NCBI GenBank assembly: GCA_963817385.1
Contig: CAWFOM010000002.1
Span: forward strand, 32,001-96,000
Source: an uncultured delta proteobacterium
GTDB lineage: Bacteria > Desulfobacterota > Syntrophia > Syntrophales > UBA5619
Direction of reading: 5' to 3'
Length of the DNA: 64,000 bases
The notes beneath the pieces are model-generated. The model ran no database searches. It saw nothing but the letters and a program-made list of their open reading frames with translations, and had not been told where the DNA came from. This document shows, piece by piece, positions 39,445 through 48,990 of this stretch. The first letter of the stretch is position 1. Every line of letters starts with the position of its first letter. A program made the translations under genes and the position numbers.

Positions 39445-40922
39445 GCCCTCACCCCGTTCATCTTCCGGCGCGCCCGGATCTCCAGCGTCCTGAGCCGGTC
39501 CTTGTAGCGGTCATGGCTGTTCGTCTGCTCGATGGAAAGGGAGGCATCGGTATTCCCCTCCCACCGGCGGCAGAAGTAGAGGCTGTCGTAGATCCGGCCG
39601 ATCCGATACTCCCGGGAGAGACGCAGCGCGACCGCGTAATCCTCGCCGTAGCCGACATTCGGAAACCCGATCCGGCGCAGGAGCGCCGTATCGAAGGCCC
39701 GGGGCGCACCCAGGCCGTTGACCCTGAGGGCGTTGTTGCGCCCGTTGGCATCGGTCCATTCCCGGTGATCAATGAGCCCCGGCGGGATCTCCTCCAATTC
39801 TTCGTTGACGAGGGTGTAGGCGCCGACGGCCATCGCACAGTCGCCCCGGCGGAGGAGATCGACCAGCCGCTGCAGGACCTCCTCTCCGCGATAGAGGTCG
39901 TCCGAATCGAGCTGGACGGCATACCGGCCGCAGTCATCGGAAAAGATCGCTTCGTTCCAGCAGCCGCCGATCGTCAGATCGCCCCTCTCGGGGACACGGT
40001 GTTTCAGGGCGGGATGGCGGCAGGCAAGCTCGGCGAGCCGCCGCGTGGTGCCGTCGCCGGAATGGTTGTCCACGACGATCACATTGAAGGGGAAATCGGT
40101 CCTCTGCGCCAGGGCGCTTTTCACGGCATCGGCTACGGTCCGGACCCGGTTTCGGACGGGGATGACGACGCTCGCCTCCACCGGAAAGCGATCGACAGAG
40201 CGGGGAACGTCACTGAAATGGGGCCCAAGCCACGCGCCGATCCGTTTGAGATGCGCCGTCGCCGCGGCCTCCATCTCCTCCTGGAAGGGCCGGTTGCCGG
40301 GATCGCAATAGGCGAAGTGCGCCCTGCCGGTCTTGACCGCCTCCCCGGCGCACGGCGGGGCCGCATGGACGACGGAAAGCCGCTCCGGAAGGTGGAAGAG
40401 ATCGTGATCGGCGGAGATTTTGAGACGAAGATCGTACCATCCCGCCCGGAGAAAGGCCGGAATCTCCCCGTATTTCCTGAGTGCCTTGCGCGCCGCGGCC
40501 GTCGAGAGAAGGATGACAGGACCGAAATCGAAGCCGTCGCGGAGACTCCCCGCCTGGTAGTCGTTGACGGGATGCTCCCGGAGGATCTCCCCGCGGATCT
40601 CGGCATAGTCCGCATAGACCATCCCCGCCCCGGCCGCCTCCGCCGCCGCGATCAGCCGTTCCGGCGCGCGGAGATCGAGATGGAGCCCGGCAGTATCGGG
40701 GATGAGGAGGAGGTACCGGGTGGCGGCGCCGGCCAGGAGGGTGTTCCACGTCGCGCCGGAGACCGGAGAATCGACGGCAATCGGCTCGCACCGGGGCGGA
40801 CAGCGCTCCGGCGCTCCGGCGTGAAGGAGAACCGCCTTCCGGATAAGGGGATTCCGGAGGAGTTCCTCCCAAAACCGTTCAACCCCGGGATGGTGGCTTT
40901 GGGGAAATACTGCGGTGATCAT
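39432..40922 (-). CDS. two-domain family 2 glycosyltransferase
   Basis: DYQAGSLRDGFDFG, ASVVIPVRNR, VVDNHSGDGT, QLDSDDLY, YGEDY; overlaps the start of the GNAT-DUF4922 gene. Confidence 0.9.
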   Translation of the reverse strand: MITAVFPQSHHPGVERFWEELLRNPLIRKAVLLHAGAPERCPPRCEPIAVDSPVSGATWNTLLAGAATRYLLLIPDTAGLHLDLRAPERLIAAAEAAGAGMVYADYAEIRGEILREHPVNDYQAGSLRDGFDFGPVILLSTAAARKALRKYGEIPAFLRAGWYDLRLKISADHDLFHLPERLSVVHAAPPCAGEAVKTGRAHFAYCDPGNRPFQEEMEAAATAHLKRIGAWLGPHFSDVPRSVDRFPVEASVVIPVRNRVRTVADAVKSALAQRTDFPFNVIVVDNHSGDGTTRRLAELACRHPALKHRVPERGDLTIGGCWNEAIFSDDCGRYAVQLDSDDLYRGEEVLQRLVDLLRRGDCAMAVGAYTLVNEELEEIPPGLIDHREWTDANGRNNALRVNGLGAPRAFDTALLRRIGFPNVGYGEDYAVALRLSREYRIGRIYDSLYFCRRWEGNTDASLSIEQTNSHDRYKDRLRTLEIRARRKMNGVRAWRS

Positions 40923-41130
40923 CCGGTTCCACTCCGCTCCGAGAACCCGCCGGCCGGCGGGGCCTGCCGTTTAGATTCGGGACGGCGCCCCCTGTCGCTA
41001 AATCGCCCCGGGCGTCTTTCGCCGGTTCATCCGCCCGGGCGAAGGGTCATCCCCTCAGGCGTCCTGCGGCAGGGATCCTCACTCGCCCGAGGCGGGCGCC
41101 GAGCGCATCCCGGATCACCTGACGGGAGCA

Positions 41131-41159
41131 ATCATAATACGTCCCGGCCGGCATGTAAA
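41131..41159 (-). promoter_or_regulatory. sigma70-type promoter for the GT2 operon
   Basis: Minus strand TTTACA-N17-TATGAT, ~200 nt upstream of the GT2 start. Confidence 0.55.
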
Positions 41160-41267
41160 GGGTCAGCCGGGCACTCTCTCCGTTTATTCCACTTGAAGAG
41201 CCTCCCCGATCATGTTAGTGAAGACCCTCTGAACCAGAACTTTCCCACGGCAGAAGGCCGTCCGGTA

Positions 41268-42128
41268 ATGGTGGTTATGCTGCACAGGATCATCACTCTG
41301 ATAGTAGGGGCCGCCATCATCCTCACCGCCGCGGTGTTCGACCCGAAATCGACCGCGGACCCCGCCGCCTCCCCCGCGGACCGCGGGAAGGAAGACCTGA
41401 GCCGCTATGAATATCCCAGCCTCGCCCGCATCAAATGGAAGGCGCACTTCGTACGGCCGCAGGACAGCCTGGAGCGGCTCTTCGGAAAGGATTGGGTTTT
41501 CGTTGCCCGCTTCAACCGGATCGACCGCCGCCATGTCTATCCCGGCATGACGATCAAGGTCCCGGAAAAGATGGAGGATATCCGGAACTACACCCCGCTG
41601 CCCGTCGACTATGAACCGGCGCGGAACCACGCGAAATACATCCTCCTGAGCGTCACGGAGCAGTGGCTCGGGGCGTACGAATACGGCAGGCTCGCCTTCT
41701 CCATGCCGGCAGCGACCGGAATCGAGGGACATCTCGCGCCCACCGGGATCTTCCGGGCGGAGGCGTACCACCGGAGGCATACCTCATCGCTCTACAAGAC
41801 GGCCACGGGGGACTCCCAGTACCCGATGGATTACGCCATCCGCTTCCTGATCGACAAGGAGCAGGTCTCCTACTGGATCCACGCGCGGGACCTCCCCGGC
41901 CGTCCGGCATCCCACGGCTGCATCGGCGTCTTCGACGAGGCGATGCAGCATCGGGTCTACGGCGTGCCCGACAAGCCGGTGCTCGAGGATGCAAAGAAGC
42001 TCTACGCCTGGACGATCGGCGAGGAATCCTATATCGCAGATAACGGAACCCAGCAGCTCATCGCCAATGGCCCGATCATCGAGATCGTCGGCGATCTGCC
42101 ACGGTACCTGGCGCAGTCCCCACGATAA
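41268..42128 (+). CDS. L,D-transpeptidase (YkuD) with LysM-like region
   Basis: N-terminal hydrophobic anchor, APTGIF, WIHARDLPGRPASHGCI. Confidence 0.88.
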   Translation: MVVMLHRIITLIVGAAIILTAAVFDPKSTADPAASPADRGKEDLSRYEYPSLARIKWKAHFVRPQDSLERLFGKDWVFVARFNRIDRRHVYPGMTIKVPEKMEDIRNYTPLPVDYEPARNHAKYILLSVTEQWLGAYEYGRLAFSMPAATGIEGHLAPTGIFRAEAYHRRHTSSLYKTATGDSQYPMDYAIRFLIDKEQVSYWIHARDLPGRPASHGCIGVFDEAMQHRVYGVPDKPVLEDAKKLYAWTIGEESYIADNGTQQLIANGPIIEIVGDLPRYLAQSPR

Positions 42129-42271
42129 ACCCGCAATCCGCGGGGCAGCCGATTGAAGCACGCTGCGGAGAATCTTCGACTCCTCTCCCCCTCCCGCTGG
42201 ACTTCTCGCTGCAAACCGTGCTAACAGCACAATCGTACGGTAACAAACGCCCACGGTAACCGAGGGACACC

Positions 42272-43232
42272 ATGACCCGCCGAGAGAAGCCCGTCCCCCC
42301 GGGGAAGATTACCCGGCCCATTCGGAAAGTCCGATTCCTGATCTGGATCGCCGGGGCCTTCCTGTTGATCCTGATCAGCCCGGCCCGATCGCCAGCCGCA
42401 GATTGGCAACCGCTTGTCGAACGTCTGGCCGCCGACGGCTTCGACCGGCAGGCGGTGGAAGCGCTTTTCGCCCGTCCGGAGATCCTTTTTGAACCGGACG
42501 CGATGGCCGGGAAATTGAAGACCCTGATCCGGAGCAGGGCTGCCAATACGGATTCCCTGGCCGCTGCACTGAAGGCGGCCGTCCGCAGGGGCTACCTGAC
42601 CTATTGGGCCATCTCCCAGGCTCACTCATATATCGTCGAAAACAAGCTCATTCTGGGGCAGATCGCCGCCGAATACGACGTCCCGGAAGAGATCATCGTC
42701 TCAATCCTCTTCATCGAAACCAACCTCGGCAGGAACACCGGCAACTGGTGCGTTTTCAACCGCCTGGCCAGCATGGCCCGCTGCACCGACCTGGAAATCG
42801 TTCTTCCCCTACCTGGGAACCGCCCTGATCACCCCTGAAAACGAGGAGTTCGCCCGCCGCCGCTGCCGGGAAAAGGCGGACTGGGCATACGGCGAACTCA
42901 AGGCTCTGCTCCTCTTGGCCGACCGGGACGGCATCGATCCGCTCGGCATCCGGGGATCGATCTACGGGGCGATCGGGCTCTGCCAGTTCATGCCCTCCAA
43001 CGTCTTTTCCTTCGGCGTAGACGGGGATCAAAACGGCCGCGTCGATCCCTTTGCCAAGCCGGATGCCCTCCACAGCATCGCCAATTACCTCCGCGGGCAC
43101 GGCTGGCGCAAAGGGATGGACCGCGAAGGCCAGCATCGCATCATCTTCGATTACAACCATAGCACGATCTACGCGAACACGGTCCTCGCCATGGCGGAAA
43201 AGATCAGGGGCCGGAGTCGCACCCGGCACTGA
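42272..43232 (+). CDS. lytic murein transglycosylase (MltB/SLT_2), one frameshift near 42805
   Basis: IVSILFIETNLG, GSIYGAIGLCQFMPS, SIANYLRGHGW, YNHSTIYAN. Confidence 0.88.
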
Positions 43233-43238
43233 AGCCTG

Positions 43239-44306
43239 CTACTCCAATCGATCCGGAAGATTCAATTCCACGGCGAGCTTCCTGAGCTGAACGACAACGG
43301 CTTCGGCAAGGGGGATACCGTGCTCCCGTCGCTCGCGAATCCGGTAATGCTCCATCTCCCCGGGCAGCCAGATGCGGTCGACCCCCTCCATGCGTTTGGA
43401 CGCGCGGATCTCCCGGATCACCCGGTCCATCTCCCCCTTGAACGCCTCGACGGGCTGGAAGTTGTCCACCCGCATGGCCATGATCATGTGGCCGCTGTTG
43501 TTTATCGCCGCGGGGTCCCGGTTGAAGTCGACGACGTTCCTGCCGAAGGCCGCCCCGTTGAGCACGCCGGCCAGCATGCCGATGACCACGTTCAGCCCGT
43601 ACCCCTTGTACCCCCCGATCGGCACGAGGAAGCCCTCCGATGAACGCTTGGGATCGGTGAGCGGCTGTCCCTGCTTGTCGATCATCCACCCGACCGGAAT
43701 CGACTCCCCTTTCTGGGCCGCCAGTTTCACCTTGCCGTAGGAGGTCATCGTTGTCGCGATGTCCAGGACGATGGGGGGCTCTTCACCGGCCGGGATGGCG
43801 ACGGAGATGGGATTGGTGCCGAGGATCAGCTCGATCCCGCCCCACGGGGCCATATGGTTGGCGTTCGCCACGGTCATGTACATGCCGACCATGTCGTGGG
43901 CCAGCGGCATCGAGGAGTAGACGGCCCCCGCCCCGGCGTGATTGCCGTTGCAGGTGCCGACCCATGCCAGACCTGATTCCGCGGCCTTCCGGATCGCGAG
44001 GTCGGTCGCGAAATTCATCACGACGTGGCCCATGCCGTTATCCCCGTCGACCAGAGCCGTCACCGCGTTCTCCCGGACGGTATGCACCTTCGGATGCAGG
44101 TTGATCCCGCCCAGCCGGATCCTCTGGCTGTAGTGGGGCAGGCGGAAGATGCCGTGCGTATCCACGCCGCGGAGGTCCGCGTCGATCATCCGGGCGGCGC
44201 AGAGCGCCGCATCGTCCTCCGGAAGCCCCAGTGCCGCCAGGGCGCCGGCGCCGAAGGCCTCCAGCCGCTTTGCCGGAAAAACCTGTCCGTGTGTTTCTGC
44301 TGCCAT
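43239..44306 (-). CDS. Ldh_2-family (malate/L-lactate/sulfolactate-type) dehydrogenase
   Basis: DADLRGVDTHG, DGDNGMG, NHAGAG, GTNPIS, GGYKGYGL, IWLPGE. Confidence 0.92.
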   Translation of the reverse strand: MAAETHGQVFPAKRLEAFGAGALAALGLPEDDAALCAARMIDADLRGVDTHGIFRLPHYSQRIRLGGINLHPKVHTVRENAVTALVDGDNGMGHVVMNFATDLAIRKAAESGLAWVGTCNGNHAGAGAVYSSMPLAHDMVGMYMTVANANHMAPWGGIELILGTNPISVAIPAGEEPPIVLDIATTMTSYGKVKLAAQKGESIPVGWMIDKQGQPLTDPKRSSEGFLVPIGGYKGYGLNVVIGMLAGVLNGAAFGRNVVDFNRDPAAINNSGHMIMAMRVDNFQPVEAFKGEMDRVIREIRASKRMEGVDRIWLPGEMEHYRIRERREHGIPLAEAVVVQLRKLAVELNLPDRLE

Positions 44307-44335
44307 GCCATTTCTCCTTCGTTTTTTATCTGAAA

Positions 44336-45362
44336 TTAAGACGCCATCCCCAGCAGGGCCCTGGCCGTTTCGCCCAGGATGAGCTCCTGCTCGCTTTCCG
44401 GGATCGGCAGGGAGCGGACCTGCCGGACGCCTTCGTAGTAACCCATGTCGAACGGATAATCGCTCCCGAGCATCACCCGGGCGGCGCCGACGGAGCCGAT
44501 GAGGAACTGCAGCGTCGCATCGGAGTGCAGGATCGTGTCGTAGTAGATCCGCCCGAGCGATTCGGCGGGCCCCCGTGCGAGGAACTGCTTCGGTTCGGGG
44601 CGTACGTTCCAGCCGTGGATGAAACGGCCCGCCTGGTAGGGGAGGAAACCGCCGCCGTGCGCGAAACAAAACCGGATCGCCGGATACCGCTCGATGACGC
44701 CGCCGAAGATGAGGGAGGCCGCCGCGATCGTCGTATCGAGCGGATTCCCGATCAGGTTCTTCAGATAGTAGGATTTGAGGCGGTCTCCCGCGGCGATCTT
44801 GAAGGGATGCACGAGGATGAAAGCGCCCGATTCCTGAGCGGCTTCCCAGACCGGCGCCAGATTCGGGTCGTCGAGGTTCCGCCCCTGGATGTTGGACGCG
44901 AGATGGAATCCCAGAAGTCCGAGGGAACCCATCGCCCGCCGAAGCTCCCGTGCGGCCAGCTCCGGCGCCTGCATCGGAAGCGTGGCCAGCCCCCGGAACC
45001 GCTCCGGATATTTCCTCACGAGCGCGGCGATCTGATCGTTCTGGATGCGCGGCGCACGCCGCGCCGAGGGCGGCCTCCTGGTCATAGAGAAACGTCTGGG
45101 GGGTGTTCGACAGGAGCTGGATGTCCACCCCGGAGCGGTCCATGTCGCGCAGGCGCCACTCCAGGTCCCAGGCCTCGCGCGGGAATGGTTTCTGGGTGAC
45201 CCCGGCTATCTCCAGGACGGCGGATCCCTCGTCGATGCTCGTGAGCCGGAGACCCAGCGACGGCGCCGTCTTCTGGAGCTGCCGCATCGTCTCCTCCGGA
45301 AGGATGTGGGCATGGATGTCTATCGTTTTTTGCGGGCTCATCGGTTTTCGTACCTCAATCAT
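44336..45362 (-). CDS. amidohydrolase-2 (ACMSD-like) protein, one frameshift near 45050
   Basis: IDIHAH, ILVHP, AHGGGFLPY, LGSDYPFDMG. Confidence 0.88.
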
Positions 45363-45408
45363 GGAAAAAAGTTATCCCCGTTCGGCAAGCGACGGGGGCA
45401 TTACGCCA

Positions 45409-46920
45409 TCAGATCTCACCCTCGAGGTCCTTCTCCTCGGCCTCCGCTTTCTTACGGCGGAAAACCGGCAGGGAGAGCGACACCAAAACCAGGACAAGCA
45501 GAACGGCCGCGATCGGGCGCTCAAGAAAGATCATCGGGCTCCCCGACGACAGCATGAGCGACTGCCTCAGTGCGCTCTCCATCATCGGCGCCAGGACGAT
45601 CGCCAAGACGATCGGCGCGCGGGGGAGGTTGAATTTCATCATGAGATATCCGATCACCCCGAAGAAGATCGTGATCCCCACGTTGAAGAGGCTCAGCGTC
45701 GTCGCGAAGGCGCCGACCAGCGAAACGACGAGGATCCCGGGCGCCAGGTAATCGTACGGGACCCTGAGGACCGCCGCGAACGCCGGAGCGAACGGCAGGT
45801 TCATGAAGATGAGCATCACGTTCCCGATGAGCATGCTGGCGATGAGCCCCCAGACGAGATCCGCCTGCTGCGTCATCAGCATCGGTCCCGGGCGGATCCC
45901 CAACAGGATGAGCGCGGCCAGGAGGACCGCCGTGGCCGGCGACGCAGGAATGCCGAGGGAGAGCATCGGGACCATGGCGCCGTGCACCGCGGAGTTATTC
46001 GCCGACTCGGCCGCCGCGACCGCATCGAGCGCACCCCTCCCGAATCGCTCCGGATGCTTGCTGGCACGCCGTTCGATCACATAGGCGAGCATCGACGCTA
46101 CGACGGGTCCGACACCCGGCATGAGGCCGACAAGGAACCCCACGACGCCTCCCCGGAGGATCGCCATCCGGCAGTCGGCCCAGTCCCTGGCCGTGAGCCA
46201 CAGGTCTTTCAGTTTTGTCCTGATCGGAACGACGTTTGCCTGCGAGGCCTCAAGGGAGGAGAGCACCTCACCGATCCCGAAGATCCCGACGGCGACCGGG
46301 ATAAAGTCGATGCCGTCCATCAGCTCTATCTCGCCGAACGTGAGACGGACGGTGCCCGCCATGGGGTCGGTCCCGACCAGGGCGATCATCAGGCCGAAGA
46401 CCGCCATCAGGAGCGCTTTCACGGCCGAGCCGCTCCCCAGGCTCGCCGTCATCGTGAGCCCCAGCGTCGCCAGGAGGAAGAATTCGGGGGCGTTGAATTT
46501 CAGCGCGAAGCCGCCGAGGACCGGACAGAGAAAGGCGAGGAGCAGCACCGCCCCGATCCCGGCGAGAAACGAGCCGATCGCCGCGACGCTCAGGGCGGCG
46601 CCGGCCCGCCCCTGCTTGGCCAGTTGATAGCCGTCGACCGCCGTCATGACGCTGGCGGCCTCACCGGGGACGTTGATCAGGACGGACGTCAGCGTCCCGC
46701 CGTACATAGCGCCGTACATGATCCCCGTGAGCATCATGAGCGCGGTGGTCGCCTTGACGCCGAAGGTGATCGGCAGCAGCAGGGCGATGCCGGCCGCCGG
46801 ACCGATGCCGGGCAATATCCCGATGAACTGCCCGAGGAGACACCCGATGAACGTCGCGAGCAAGTTCCCCGGCGTGAGAGCCGTCGAGAAACCGTGTCCG
46901 AGCAGACTAAGCGTTTCCAT
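45409..46920 (-). CDS. tctA: tripartite tricarboxylate transporter large subunit
   Basis: GILPGIG, YGAMYGG, NVPGEAASV, ESANN, LGIP. Confidence 0.95.
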   Translation of the reverse strand: METLSLLGHGFSTALTPGNLLATFIGCLLGQFIGILPGIGPAAGIALLLPITFGVKATTALMMLTGIMYGAMYGGTLTSVLINVPGEAASVMTAVDGYQLAKQGRAGAALSVAAIGSFLAGIGAVLLLAFLCPVLGGFALKFNAPEFFLLATLGLTMTASLGSGSAVKALLMAVFGLMIALVGTDPMAGTVRLTFGEIELMDGIDFIPVAVGIFGIGEVLSSLEASQANVVPIRTKLKDLWLTARDWADCRMAILRGGVVGFLVGLMPGVGPVVASMLAYVIERRASKHPERFGRGALDAVAAAESANNSAVHGAMVPMLSLGIPASPATAVLLAALILLGIRPGPMLMTQQADLVWGLIASMLIGNVMLIFMNLPFAPAFAAVLRVPYDYLAPGILVVSLVGAFATTLSLFNVGITIFFGVIGYLMMKFNLPRAPIVLAIVLAPMMESALRQSLMLSSGSPMIFLERPIAAVLLVLVLVSLSLPVFRRKKAEAEEKDLEGEI

Positions 46921-46941
46921 GGAATCGACTCCCTGAAGGGT

Positions 46942-47403
46942 TCAGATGCCCAGCGGCCCGGCAGGCAGGGCCACCTTGAGCCACCATACAAAAACGACGT
47001 AGATGAGCCCGCCCGTGCCCACAGCCGTGATGAGGCTCGGGAGGAGTCTTCGCCGCAGGATCCCCATCATCATCCCCACCATGAAAACGACCGCAGTGGC
47101 GACAAACCCGAGGTAGGGCGCCAGCGGGACGCAGAGGATGAGTCCTCCCGTGGTCAAAAAGACGCGGATTGCGCCGGCCCTTTCGGGCCACTCAGGCTTG
47201 GCGGCGCCGCCTGCGCGCCAGGCCTGAAGCAGCAATATCACGGAAAGAAGGACACCCGCGCCGGCGATCCACCTCGGCAGAAAGGCCGGCCCGGGTGTAA
47301 AATCGGTCCAATAGGGCAACTCCCGTGTTCCCGCCAAGACGACAGCCGAGAGCCCCAGCATGACCGCCGCAGGCGCGACATCAATCATCCTCATCGCCGC
47401 CAA
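46942..47403 (-). CDS. tctB: tripartite tricarboxylate transporter small subunit
   Basis: PGPAFLP and VFVWWLKVALPAGPLG; lies between tctC and tctA. Confidence 0.9.
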   Translation of the reverse strand: MAAMRMIDVAPAAVMLGLSAVVLAGTRELPYWTDFTPGPAFLPRWIAGAGVLLSVILLLQAWRAGGAAKPEWPERAGAIRVFLTTGGLILCVPLAPYLGFVATAVVFMVGMMMGILRRRLLPSLITAVGTGGLIYVVFVWWLKVALPAGPLGI

Positions 47404-47414
47404 CCCCCTTCACG

Positions 47415-48446
47415 TCACTGCTTGGCCAGGCCGAGATCACGAAGGACTTGCAGGTATTGCTTGTACTGGCCCTCCATGTACGCCGGCGCCTTTGTGTAAT
47501 CGATGAAATCGCTGCGCTGGAAGCTTGCATCGATCGCGTCCTTCCAGGGCTTGGTGGCGGTCATCTTCTGCAGCCGATCGTTCCACCATTTCACCAACGC
47601 GGGGTCCATCCCCGGAGCGCCGGCCAACCCCCAGAACTGCCCCCATACCAGGTCTATTCCCTGCTCCTTCGCCGTGGGGAAGTCCTTCAGCTCCTTGTTC
47701 GCGCGGCGCTTCTCCGTCAGGACGGCGAGCGGCTTCACCTTGCCGCTCTGGATAAGAGGCACCGCCTCATCCAGCGCGAGCACGAGCCCGTCTACGTTCT
47801 TCCCCAAAAACGCCGCGGTTGCCGCACTGCCGCTGTCGTAGGGGATGTAGTTGAATTTCACGCCCGCGGCCTTCTCGAGCAGGCCCACGACCATGTGATC
47901 GGTGCTCCCCGTCTGCGATCCCGAAAACTTCAGGCCGCGCGGGGTCTTCTTGGCCGCATTGACGAAGTCCGTCAACGACTTGAAAGGCGAATCGGGCTGG
48001 GCTACCAGAATCAGGTCTCCCTGAACGAACATCGCGATCGGGACGAGCTGGTCATAGGCATTCTTCAGCCCCTGAACGATCGGGGTCGTGAGGACCGGCT
48101 GCGCAATCCCCATCAGCGTGTCATAGCCCCCCTTCTTTCCCAGCACCCAGTTGACGGCGACCATCCAGGATCCGCCGGTCCGGTTCTGGATGACGATCGG
48201 CTGTTCGACGAGTTTTTCCTCACCGAGGATCTTGGCAACGCGGCGCATGATGACGTCCGGCGTACCCCCCGCGCCCGTTCCGACCGTGATCTCGACCGGA
48301 CCCTTGGGACCTTCAGCCGCCTCCGCGGTCATCGTCCCCGGTAAGGCAAATAAGGTGAGCGCCAGCGTGAACAAGCCAACGACCACAACTGTGTTACACA
48401 ACGCATACCACGAAACCGTGCAATGCTTTCTCATAATCCCCTCCAT
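47415..48446 (-). CDS. tctC: tripartite tricarboxylate transporter binding protein (Bug/TctC)
   Basis: Signal peptide, GAGGTPDVIMR, NRTGGS, FPTAKEQG. Confidence 0.92.
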   Translation of the reverse strand: MEGIMRKHCTVSWYALCNTVVVVGLFTLALTLFALPGTMTAEAAEGPKGPVEITVGTGAGGTPDVIMRRVAKILGEEKLVEQPIVIQNRTGGSWMVAVNWVLGKKGGYDTLMGIAQPVLTTPIVQGLKNAYDQLVPIAMFVQGDLILVAQPDSPFKSLTDFVNAAKKTPRGLKFSGSQTGSTDHMVVGLLEKAAGVKFNYIPYDSGSAATAAFLGKNVDGLVLALDEAVPLIQSGKVKPLAVLTEKRRANKELKDFPTAKEQGIDLVWGQFWGLAGAPGMDPALVKWWNDRLQKMTATKPWKDAIDASFQRSDFIDYTKAPAYMEGQYKQYLQVLRDLGLAKQ

Positions 48447-48654
48447 AGTTTTTAACGACCTTGCCTCATGAAAAACCCGCCACTATTGCGAGCGGGAGAT
48501 GGTAGATTCTCGACACCTGTTTGTCAAGATAAATCGGATCTGATGTCGGGCTCGGTGCTTCTCATTGACACGCCCCCCTCCATGTGTTTATATTATGGAC
48601 AACGGTAATGCATGCAGACCGGAAAAAGACAAAGGGTTTAAGAAGGGGATGTGC

Positions 48655-48966
48655 ATGATTCACGAGCCGGGCATGCAGCCGGAAGGTGATGTAAAAACCG
48701 ACCAGGAGATCCGGGAGCCGAAGCAGTACCGGGTCATCCTGCACAATGACGATTATACGACCATGGACTTCGTGATCGAGGTCCTCGTCGCCGTATTCCA
48801 CAAACCGGCGGCGGAGGCAACGAAGATTATGCTGGATGTCCATAAAAAAGGAAAAGGGATCTGTGGGGTCTATACGTACGACATCGCGGCCACAAAGGTC
48901 GCCCAGGTCCACCACATGGCAAAAACGCGGGAGTTTCCGTTGAAATGCTCCCTGGAAGAAGCCTGA
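48655..48966 (+). CDS. clpS: Clp protease adaptor ClpS
   Basis: YRVILHNDDYTTMDFV, IMLDVHKKG, FPLKCSLE. Confidence 0.96.
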   Translation: MIHEPGMQPEGDVKTDQEIREPKQYRVILHNDDYTTMDFVIEVLVAVFHKPAAEATKIMLDVHKKGKGICGVYTYDIAATKVAQVHHMAKTREFPLKCSLEEA

Positions 48967-48990
48967 GCGGCCCTGAAAAGAGAAAAAATC

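Noticed and set aside
40940..41030. c-di-AMP (ydaO) or glmS riboswitch upstream of GT2
   Set aside because: Only short words such as CCCGAATC match; the diagnostic conserved cores are absent.
39423..42128. 901-aa plus-strand ORF
   Set aside because: The first ~615 codons are antisense to the GT2 gene or intergenic; only 41268-42128 encodes the L,D-transpeptidase.
43239..45362. 707-aa amidohydrolase-Ldh fusion
   Set aside because: Artefact of the frameshift near 45050; the middle is out-of-frame sequence and the Ldh gene has its own RBS and start at 44306.
45103..47499. 798-aa ORF opposite tctA and tctB
   Set aside because: Antisense shadow ORF caused by high-GC codon bias; no motifs.
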